Below are positions 26,276 to 36,400 of a stretch of DNA of 64,000 bases, piece by piece. The position numbers and the translations under genes were made by a program. A model generated the notes under the pieces. It was not told where the DNA came from, did no database searches, and saw nothing but the letters and a program-made list of their open reading frames with translations. This DNA comes from Microthyrium microscopicum. Lineage: Eukaryota. Positions within the stretch are counted from its first letter, which is position 1. Every line of letters begins with the position of its first letter. The stretch spans positions 410,191 through 474,190 of the forward strand of contig MU004237.1 in NCBI GenBank assembly GCA_010405405.1, written 5' to 3'.

Positions 26276-26715
26276 GGTCAATTAGAGCTAGCCTGCCTTT
26301 CAATGACGTTCAACAAGTGAATTGATCTTTGATTAAGCATATGCATGTATAAATAGACCTACAGCGAACGTTCCTGGAATATGCACGATAAGCCAGCAAT
26401 CGAGGAATTCACTTAAGACACCAGTCCTTCTGGCGTAGCTCTAACAATGAACGCTGATTTCTTCAATAGTAATATGTGTAAAGCTTCAAGACGCAAAGTC
26501 CGACATAGCTACATTGCCGTCGCCATGCTTCGATGGTAGTTGAAGAGACACCAGCGCATCTACAAGAACTCTCCTCCGTGTTCCTTGTGTTCTCGAAAAA
26601 CGTTTTTGAAGAAACCACGTTTTTTAGGTGGAGGCATATCAGATTCGTCCTTTTCGGCAGACTCCTTGTGTTCGTTAGGAACCAGACTTTCCGATGTCTT
26701 TGGGTTGGCTTCATT

Positions 26716-27298
26716 CTATTCAGCGGTTTGCTCGGCAGGAGGTTTGCCTGGTTTATCCATCAGAATATCGCCGTATCGTTCTAGATCACATTAGCTGAGT
26801 TCATTAGGACAGTTCAAGTAGCCTACTTTTGACCATATAATCGCGATCCAAAACCTGCTCCATAGCCTTCCTCATCTCATCCTGTGCTTTTCGTGTCTTC
26901 CACTTCGCGCCCGGCTCCTGACTCGTCGCCTCGTCTTCTGGTACTTCAACCTGAATGCCATCCTCTCCCATAGCCCACTTGTGGCCAGGAGCTGGTGGTA
27001 TTTGAGGCTCCGTCTCTCCAGGGCCATCGACTGCCATAGCAGTGTCTAGACCACTCGTGTTTAGGTCGCTCGCACTAGGTGCTAGGGCGCGTTTGCCGTT
27101 GGCATTGAGGCTTGGATGAGGGCGCGCGTCGCTGCCAGGTGGGGTAGGTTCGCTGGTGGGGATTATGGTTCTACCAGGCGTGGCAGGTTGATTTGTAGAT
27201 TGATCAAGTGGACCGGTGGATTCATCTTGAGAGCTACTCGAGTTGTCATCCATCATGGTTACTTCGGCGTCGGAGGTTGTGGATGCGGGAGGGGCCAT
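26716..27298 (-). CDS. Small fungal hypothetical protein (disordered N-terminus)
   Basis: ATG 27298; intron 26781-26826; C-terminal EPGAKWKTRKAQDEMRKAMEQVLDRDYMVK-KRYGD; stop at 26716. Confidence 0.75.
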
Positions 27299-28820
27299 GC
27301 TTGACTTTGGAGATGGTGGGGTAGGCGCAGGTTCGCGAAGTCTGTGGGTGTTGCAAAGATGATGTTATGACGGTGGGTCAAAGTAGGAAGAAGTACTAAA
27401 GCTTCAAGTCTATGTCGAAATAAACGTTGGTGGTGAGATGGAGTTTGGTTGGTGGTAGAGGTTTAGAAACTAGAGGTGGCAGTGACAGTTTGAAGCTTCC
27501 CCAACAACATCCTTCCTTTTTGGGGTACTTGACCCCATTTGGACTAGCGCGGCCTTGCTCCAGGTTCAATGCCAACCACCACGTTTTGATGAGGTTTTAA
27601 GGTCTGACAACTTGACAACTGACATGTGCGAACTAATAATAATGAGCTGTTAATGCATTAATAATTAGTCTTTTTAGCTTCTCTTATTTGCCATTTAAGC
27701 CCAGACTTATACCAATTCAAGCTACTCTCAAGATACCATCAGGAGATCACTCCTCTAAGAAGCCACTACTGTACCTCTTGCTTGAGTAGCGCTACTTTCC
27801 CGCAATCGCCTGCGCCGGTATCCGAGGAGCTCTTCATATTCCCATAATATGATCATTTCATCGTGCTTTGCGAGGAATAGTAGGTATATGTCAATGATAT
27901 CTTTGCTGGTTTCTTGGGAGGATGGGCGCAGATGCCGGCAATTGGAAGTTGGATCTATCCGATCATTCTATCAAATCCTTCTCCGCAGATCGGACATCCT
28001 TTCCGTACAACGCTGCAGACCCAGGAACAAAATTATGGTGTTGGTAATGCATGGCAAGCTTCGAAAAGTCTTCTGCACGCTATTTTGATGGTCGACAGCG
28101 ATTTGTCAAGGAGATTTATGTGCATTCAAATTCCCGCCTCCGAGTGGAGGCTGGTGGAGACTTGCGCATACAGAGCGGCTTACCTCTCACATAATTGGAT
28201 TATGTAGCATATTGTAGGATGCATTCGACGAAAGAGAAAACTCGATTTTGATCCTGCTTTCCAACTGCCGGGTCGATTGCATACCGTACACGTTGGACGC
28301 TTCAAAGCAATTCGCCCTTGGCCGTGGAATTCTCTTGTTTGCTCTTAGCCCGATTCCCAACTGGGTCAACTGGGTCGCAAAAGTGGCCAAAAAGATTGAC
28401 AGACAGGTTGAGATGCACATGCACATGCAATTCTTGAATCCCTCTTGACCTTTCTCAAGGATTCTACCTGTATAGTCTATCGTTCACCTCCGGCCCAGGC
28501 CAAGCTCCCTGGTCTCCCCGCTTTAAAAACTCCCGGCATCTCCCTATACATGTCCAGCCAACCTATGATCGAATTTCTAATTCTTAATTCTTCCTTGTAA
28601 CAACTCTCCATACCAGCTCATAACCGGCCCACATTTCAACGGGTGCTGTCGCTATTTCAACTGGGAAAACAAATAAACTGCTCTTCTCTCCAATCCCCCG
28701 CCTCCAGTCACTGCGAGGTAAGCCATATCTCTAACCCGAACTCTTCATTGGTACTTATATCATTCAGGTCCTTCGGTAACCTTTCCGATTGGCTTGCAAC
28801 CAGCTTGTCTTTATCAGACA

Positions 28821-29112
28821 ATGTCAGAAACCTACGGCGCCGAAAATCCTCCATATCGCAAACTAGTGCGGGTTCGTTGGAATTACGACCCCACAGAAAA
28901 CAATGAAAGCATTTTAAAGATTAACGCTGGTGAGATATTTTCGGTAGCATATCAGTATAAAAATGGGTATGTCTCCTGCTTCGTTTCAATTTCTATCTAT
29001 GCTTGAAACTAACTCCCAAAATAGCTGGTGGTACGGACAAAAAACTGATGGGTCAGCTGGCTTTCTGCCGTCGAACTTTCTTGAGGAACTCGATCCAAAG
29101 TCAAAAATATAG
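28821..29112 (+). CDS. SH3-domain-only microprotein (77 aa)
   Basis: VRVRWNYDPTENNESILKINAGEIFSVAYQYKNG|WWYGQKTDGSAGFLPSNFLEE after removing intron 28967-29024; matches SH3 consensus (YD, GWW, GxxPSNF/Y). Confidence 0.8.
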
Positions 29113-29189
29113 TTCTCATTTCAACCATCTATGTATTTTAATTCATCCTTTTAATTTCATGCTGCTGTTTGAACTTCTAGATCCATAGT

Positions 29190-29261
29190 GAGTGTTGCTA
29201 GTAAAGAGAGTGTTGCTAGTAAAGAGAGCGTTGCTAGTAAAGAGAGCGTTGCTAGTAAAGA
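29190..29261. repeat. Tandem repeat, 18 bp x 4 (GAGYGTTGCTAGTAAAGA)
   Basis: Four consecutive near-identical units read directly. Confidence 0.95.
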
Positions 29262-29655
29262 TGTCAATATGTCACCTGCGAACTACCATTTTGCATCGTT
29301 CTTTGCTTCAGAGGATCGGGTTCACATGCTTTTATATCGAGGAGTTACTTCCTGCCGAGGAGAAGGGAGAATCTTTGCATTCTGGAGTATCATTGGAGGT
29401 TGTGGAGGCGCAAGGCGGATTCACGCTTTTGGTGGTGGCTGTAGACTGCGCCAGTACAGGCAGAAGTCGTGGACACGCGAGGGAGGAAATCATTCATAAA
29501 GGTTGTGTAAGTAGTATTGCACTCAAAGTCAACATGTCACTTTCATTGTGTCTCGGACCACCAGCAACGCCAATATAATCACAAAGCACAAGGTGAGAAG
29601 CCAATCTTGAGCCTTCATACATACTACGGCTTCCGTCCAGACAACCAACTTCACG

Positions 29656-30165
29656 ATGTCTCCCGAAATACAAATCGACAACCCCTATCCGTCAATCTTC
29701 ACCCAAAGCCGAAACTACAAACGCCAAGAAGACAACCTATACGACTGGTATCAATCGTTCGCCAAAGGCATAATCGGCCTATCAACCTTCGGGGCTTCAA
29801 TAACATTCTCCGTAATCCTATCCAACCTACCAGACCCCATAACCATCCGTGCAAAACAATCTTCAAAACTATTTAAAAAGATCAAATTCAATGAAGAAGC
29901 AGTCCGCCAATTCCTCTCAATCGCCTGGCTCATGTTTGTGCTGGCGCTGGGGTTTGCCATCATCAGCTTGGTGCAGCTGAAGAAGCATTCGACGATCGGA
30001 AGTGGGATGAAGGTGCTGGAGATAGTTTTGCAGTGGCTGGTTTTGGCTGCTTTTATGTTTCTTTCTTTGGCGGTTGCGGCGTATACGCCGGATGTTGGGA
30101 TGGCTGGTGTTGGGTTTATATCGCTTTTTGCGTTGATGGTTTTGGGGATGGGTTGTGGTGGTTGA
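29656..30165 (+). CDS. Hypothetical membrane protein, about 4 TM
   Basis: 169-aa ORF with four hydrophobic segments (IIGLSTFGASITFSVIL; FLSIAWLMFVLALGFAIISL; IVLQWLVLAAFMFLSLAVAAY; AGVGFISLFALMVL). Confidence 0.75.
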   Translation: MSPEIQIDNPYPSIFTQSRNYKRQEDNLYDWYQSFAKGIIGLSTFGASITFSVILSNLPDPITIRAKQSSKLFKKIKFNEEAVRQFLSIAWLMFVLALGFAIISLVQLKKHSTIGSGMKVLEIVLQWLVLAAFMFLSLAVAAYTPDVGMAGVGFISLFALMVLGMGCGG

Positions 30166-30272
30166 TGGGAGATGCCAGTAGGTTTAGGATTGGCTAATCA
30201 TCTGTTGACCATTAGAGAGTATTGAAAGTCAAGAGCGCATTGAAAACTCACGTCTGAAGTGACGGCTCCCTT

Positions 30273-30476
30273 TCAACATGGACAAGATCCGCAGGCATTC
30301 AGACAGATGCAACACGATGTTATGCATGCCATAATGGGTTCTATACAGTTGAAGCTAGGAAAAAAGAAACATCCATAACAGCAATTGTCTTGAGCATCGT
30401 GATTGTCAATATCACTGATACTTGATGCCTTGGATTGTGGCTGATAGACTGGGTATGAGGGTGTCTGGTTGTCCAT
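30273..30476 (-). CDS. Small cysteine-rich tail protein (CYSTM-like), 67 aa
   Basis: P/Q/Y-rich N-terminus then hydrophobic Cys-rich C-terminus (CCYGC...MACITSCCICLNACGSCPC); good ATG context and TATA-like element upstream. Confidence 0.5.
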   Translation of the reverse strand: MDNQTPSYPVYQPQSKASSISDIDNHDAQDNCCYGCFFFPSFNCIEPIMACITSCCICLNACGSCPC

Positions 30477-31068
30477 GGTGAGTTGGAAGTAGGTTGGCTA
30501 TCTTGTGGTCCTTAAAAGTGACCTCCGAAGAGGAAATGAATGAGCAGTTATATGGTCCAATGTTCTCAAAATGCTACCCCTTGTGGAACGTCCTCAATTG
30601 GGTCGTGTCGCAACGCACAGCCATTGAATCCTTGACGAGGCGGAGCCATCTCACGAAGCCAATAGATTGTTGAATCTGCTGTTTAGTTGCGAGGACTTTT
30701 CCAAGGGAGAGCTATTATTTAAGCTCTTCTCTTGCCGAGAGTATATTGTTTAGAAGGCAAAACTGGACTCTTGCCATTCAGAGCATCACCAACAGCATCA
30801 CAACCTCCGTGATCAAATCTCATCTCAGCTCTACTCATTTTTATGCCGCATTCTGCACCACAACTCCAAAAGATTGTTCCAGCAGGTTTTTAGAATCTGT
30901 CACGAACACAAACTCGGCTCGCCAACTTTTCTCCTTGATATTAGGAGTTTTACTGGGCACCAAGTTGCAGTGACACAGTATCGCCAAGCTGCTTCAATAG
31001 CAAGGGATACACATGTTTGGCGATAGCACTTTTCAACGCTCTTACATCTCTTTAATTACAATTTACGA

Positions 31069-33210
31069 CTATAGCTTCTCTCCTTGTCCCACCTCGATCC
31101 CCTCATATTTCTCATTACCTACTTGCTGATGGGCGTCCGAGTGCCCAAAATTATCCTCCTTGATGACCGTGCCATCTTCAGCTATAATCTCCCGGTAGCT
31201 AATCTCCTCCCAACCCAAGCCCATCTCTTTGATCAATTTCTGATTCTTCGTTGGCCAAATCTTGCAAAGAACATAATAGACGACAAACGATGTGGTGAAA
31301 CTCAAAAGCCATCCAAGTTGCCCGAGTTCCTGAGCAGGCTTGCTGACATGAGGACCCAATGTCCCGACGAAGCCGGGGAATGGTAACGCAATGCCGACGA
31401 TATAGCTGATAGTAGCTTGAATGTTCCAACCATAGTGATAATAGTAGTGTTTGTTGTATTTGCTCCCATCGTACAGATGGGATAGGAATATGTTGCCTTT
31501 TGTGAGTAGGAAATAATCGCAGATCATGACGGCTACGACGGATGCCATGAACAAACCGTATCCAGCGAGGAAGGTTGTAAATGTTGTTGCGGATGCAAGA
31601 ATCTTCCATGGGCAGATTGCGTAACTTAGGCATAGTACTAGGAATTGGCCGCGCGGGATTGTTAGCAAGCGTGGTAAGAGCATGCTGGCATCTGAACCGA
31701 AGGGAATCATGTTGGCTGCAATGTTCGTTCCTAGAATGCTGATGGTCCACGCTGAAGCTGCTAAGAATACGGCAAATCTAGTGGTTCCGCCTGAGATTGT
31801 TAGTGTATATTCACAATGTGTGGATGTGGATGAGCTTACTCCAGTATCTGTCCATGATAGCTTCAAACAGGTCCCATTGATTCCAAAGTTGCAGACCCCA
31901 TGCGTTGTTGATTGCAGCTGTGGACAAAATCCCCAGCGTCGCTGCTAGAGTCACAGATATTGGATTCGAGAATAGCTGGGACCACATGGCTCCAGTTTTC
32001 GTTTTGCTCCAGCGGGCATAATCGGGCTACTTGTTGTTAGTGTCGAAGAAAAACGAAAAGAAGAGAGTACAGACCTGATTGGTGATCAATGTAGCAGTGT
32101 TTCCCATACCAGCATTGATCGAATACACGAAGAACCAACCCTAGTCAAATTTATCAGAAGACTTGCTTGATACCTCTTGGTTGATGCTATGTCTTACCCA
32201 GCCGCCAGTTGCAGCGCTCGTTTGACTCAAATGACCAGCTCCTATGTGGCCTTTGGTGTTTACCATGCAGAAGATAAAGAGACCGAAAACAGCAGGTATC
32301 ATGGTCTAGCAATGATGTTAACGATGACAACCTCGCAAAACACAGAATTTCATGACTTTGGAAAACTCACAAAGATCTTCAAGTTGAATAGCCATTTCAG
32401 CTGGTATGGCCGCAAAAATGTAAACGGTAGATGAATACACCAGAACAAGAAGAATGCCAGCATGCCGGCGCTAGTGATTCCCTGAGACTTGGGGATATGG
32501 TTGGGAATATCAGTATAGTTGTGGCCAAATATTGCTCGTAGCACGTTTGCCAGTAAAGAAGCTGCGGATAGATTAGTGACAGCGGTTTCACGACATGAAC
32601 TATTGCTTACCTCCGCTAAATAGTTGCACTGAAAACCAAATGATGGCTAGAAGAGCTCTTACTCCAACAAAGTAGAAAGCTCCCCACATTCCAAAGACAC
32701 TGCGGCCGATGATGGGATATCCTACGTGATATACACTAGCCGATCTTGAATTGAAGAACATCTGGACAATATAAGTTAGCTTCAGCGTTGGATTAGAAGC
32801 GGAGTCTAGACTGACAGCAATTGAACTGATCAGTTGACTCAGAAAAATGGTGATGATACTCTGCCACCAGTTCAGGCCAATTCCAATCATTGTGGATCCC
32901 AAAGTCCAGTTTCCGAATCCAATCGTCCAGTAGAAAATAAAATCTGTAGTGGTGAGTTCTCGTATCAGTTGATTACAACACACTTTTTGTTCTTACAGTT
33001 CCACCATCTCCACGTTCTTTTTGACTCTGGAGTAGGATCCAAGTCTACATTTGACCAGGTGATGCTACTAGTACCGTTGCCATGTTGGTCAAGTGCAGTA
33101 TCCGGTACAGTGATCCATTGCTTAAAGCCGTCCCAGCTACTGAATGCTCCTTTCGCATTGTATCGTATCTCTTTAGCCCGAGCCGTCAATTTGCGAGGGG
33201 ATAATCCCAT
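31069..33210 (-). CDS. NCS1-family nucleobase/allantoin permease (Fur4/Dal4-like), multi-intron
   Basis: WSNVDLDPTP...RTWRWW, WTLGSTMIGIGLNWWQ, GYPIIGRSVFG, GTNIAANMIPFGSD, AICPWKIL. Confidence 0.93.
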
Positions 33211-33739
33211 CTTCAAAAATCGGAATCAGCTTTTGAGGATAGCCAAGACAGAATCAAAAGGTGAAGATAGAAGTGTCGTCTGGGGTAGCATTATAGGACA
33301 TCATGAGTGGAGGCGATTGATCGACACTCGCATATACCCCTCTCAGGAAAGGTTACATCGTCCTTATGCTAGGGCATGGGTTAGGTCGGGTTAGGTATAG
33401 GTTTCTCTAAATATTTTCATAACCCGCGTAGGTTAGGTTTTAGAAATATTACGACTTAACCTAAATAGGTTAGGTTTCTATAGGTCTAGCCTATAGGTTA
33501 TATTTATTAATAGATAACCTAAATAAAGGACTAATACTACGTAATTTAGATTAATCTAAAAAGTTTAGTATAGTATTTAATAATTATATCTTATTACTAA
33601 TTTTTTAATAAGTTATAAAAGTATTAATTAGGATTTAGAATTAGTTTATTAATTCTATTATTTATAAATAATTATATAACTATAATTTCCTTTTTATTCT
33701 CTAAAGTTTACTAGTTCTAATTACCTCTCTATAATAAAG

Positions 33740-34810
33740 TTACTAGTTAATTTTAAATACTTATCTAATAGTCTATAACCTAGCTAATATATAGAGCTTT
33801 TACTAAGTTTATATTCTTTTACTAGATTATTACTCTCTTTATATAAATTACATAAAGATTAGTATTTATAAAAATTAATAACTTATAATCTAAAAAATAG
33901 AGGTATAACTTACTTTTAAAGTATATAATAAGATAAACTTTTACTAATTCTTATAAATATTAAATTATACTACTTTACTAACGCGTATCTAAATTTATTA
34001 AACTACTACTATTACTAAAAGTTCTTTAGAATATAATATAAATCTTATAAACTAATCTTATAAATAGTATTTTAGGAATTAAAAGATTATAAGCTTTCTA
34101 AATTTAGTAGATTTTATATAAAGCCTTTACTAGTATTATAATTAATATTTATAAAAAAAATAGAGTATATAAAACTTACTACTAGGTTTAGTACGTTAAG
34201 ATATATAATAATAAGTATTCTACTAGTTATAATAGTTTCTATAAGTTAAAGCTCTTTTATAATAGTTTCTATAAGCTATAGCTAAGTTTTATTAGTACTA
34301 AAAAGTTAGTTATTAATATAAAGTAGTTTATTAAGGTTATTATTAATATATAAAAGTTTATAAAGGTTATAGCTAGGTTAGAGTAGTTTATAGAGGTAAT
34401 ATAAAAAGGTTTAAAGGCTATAAAAGTTACTACTAAGTTAAAGTAGTTTATAAAAGATTTATAAGAAGGTTTAAAAGCTATAAAAGTTATTACTAAGCTA
34501 GAGTAGTTTATAGAAGTTATATAAAGAGGTTTAAAGTATTATAAAGTTCATTAAGATCTAAAGAAGTATAGAGAGAAGAAAATTAAGGTTATTTAAGTAT
34601 ATTATAGTAGTAATAAAGCTCTTTAAAGTAATAAAGGTCTAGATAGTAAAAATAAAAGGAACTTAAAGATCTTAAAAAAGTAGAAAGAGTTAGAGAAGAA
34701 GGAATAGATAAATCTTTTAAAGATATAAAAGATAAGCTTATTACTTATTAAAAATTATTTCTTAATATTCCTTTATAAGAAAAAAATATTTAGAGTATTA
34801 AACTAGTATA
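33740..34810 (-). pseudogene. Transposon-borne histone H3-like (CenH3-like) gene, RIP-mutated; ends approximate
   Basis: Introns 34130-34179 and 33866-33913; de-RIP reading RTKPGT|KALREIRQIQK..LLIPKxPFxRLVREI..DTRWQSSAIQCLQESAEAYLVxYFE|DTNLCAIHAKRVTIQQKDM. Confidence 0.85.
34321..34560. repeat. Degenerate 60-bp tandem repeat (x4) in the H3-like N-tail region
   Basis: RAGTAGTTTAT recurs at 34321, 34381, 34441 and 34501 with similar downstream sequence. Confidence 0.8.
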
Positions 34811-35034
34811 ATTTAAAACTTTAAAAGCTTAACTAATTAAAAAGAGTAAAGTAATAAAGAAGAGTAAGTAATAGTAAGACTAACCTAAAATAATAAGAAT
34901 ATTATAATCTAGCGCTAGAATTAATATATTCTAGAGAGTATTACTTAAGAGACTATATATATATACTACTTTATATTACTTATATACTTTAACTTCTTCT
35001 ATATACTCTCTTTTAATTAGTAATAATAATCCTT

Positions 35035-36400
35035 ATACTTTCCCTATTAGTCTTAATTTTAGTTTCTTAGCCTAATTAATACTTATTTAACTCTTTAAAA
35101 TTTTATTCTCTTAGTATAGATACTAAGAAGCTTATAAATTAATTATCTTAAAATTCTTATATAATTAAGAATTATACTTATTATATTAATTTTAATAGCT
35201 ACGCTATAGAATATAATTACCTTAAGAAGAATAATAATACTTATATTAATTATAAAAATAATAAAGAGTATAAGACTATAGAATACTAAGAAGCTTCTAA
35301 AGACTAACATATTACTATTCTTTTTACTTATATAAGACTCTCTAAATAAAAGTAGTATATACTTTTTTACTATTAGATTTTCTTTATTAATTTTTCTTAG
35401 TATTAATACTAATAAATCTATAGAATTACTTAGCTAGAAACCTAAGTATACTATTTATTAAACTAAACTATATCCTATTACTATTACTTTATTAGCTTAT
35501 TATTAAGAATTAATAAAAATAAAGTATAAGAAGTCTAAGTAGCATAATATATATATTAATACTAATAAAGATATTACTTATAATTATAATATTACTACTA
35601 GCTATATTATTTCTAAGGAAGCTTCTTAAATTGCTTTTAATTTAAAATTTTATTAACTCTTTTATAAGTATAATTATAAAGAGCGTAATTTATAAATTTT
35701 ATTCTTCTCTTAGATTAACCTTACCTATAGATAATAAGAAACTATTTATAACGTTTTCCTTATTAATTATACTATTAGAGATTTAGCTAATAAAGAAACT
35801 AACCTTATTAAGGACTATTACTATTTTTAAATTCTTATTTCTATAAAAACTCTTAATATAAGTTTTTTATACTTAGTATATATAAATTTAATTAACACTA
35901 TATAAGAAACATTTTCTAGACTTTACTAAATTACGTGCTATAAAGAATTAGAAAAAGAATTAAAAGTTAGTAAACTTTAACTATAGATATTAGTTATTAA
36001 CTTATACTTAGAAGAAACTTCTAAAATTATTTTATAAAATAATTATAAAATATAATAAAGCTAATATTAAAATTAATACTAATAAATTTCTAGACTTATT
36101 ATAAATATAGTAGTTATTTTCCTAGTACTAGTCTTATTTTTATTAAAATAAAGTAAAAAGTAATTATAAATTTAATAACTTAGTACCTTAACTTCTAAGA
36201 AAAAATACTATTTAATAAAGCAATTTAAAAGATAAAGGATTAAAAAGTTTAGAAGATTAATAGTTTATTTGCCTTAAAGCTTTAAAAGAAGGCTTAAAAG
36301 TTAGTATAAAAGATACTAGTAAAGTTTAAGAAGTTAGTAATAAAGATTTATTTATATCTAGCTTTAAGTATAAGATTCTTTCTAGTTCTTTTAGTAAATA
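35035..36400 (+). pseudogene. Second RIP-mutated cargo ORF, possibly with a Zn-cluster-like Cys motif; ends approximate
   Basis: Frame from 35035 has TAT codons (possible RIP'd TGT) spaced Cx2Cx9Cx9Cx2Cx5C at 35173-35271; the stops seen are TAA/TAG, explainable as RIP of CAA/CAG/TGG/CGA. Confidence 0.3.

Noticed and set aside
27690..28450. Minus-strand gene-like segment with a GTAAGC...TAG intron
   Set aside because: Several in-frame stops and no recognisable domain.
29190..29261. Repeat array as CRISPR or as coding SVASKE repeats
   Set aside because: No spacers, eukaryotic context; the overlapping ORFs lack ATG starts and recognisable protein features.
33378..33480. GGGTTAGG/TTAGG motifs as telomeric repeats
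   Set aside because: Not tandem TTAGGG arrays; mirrored at the other end as subterminal repeats of the transposon.
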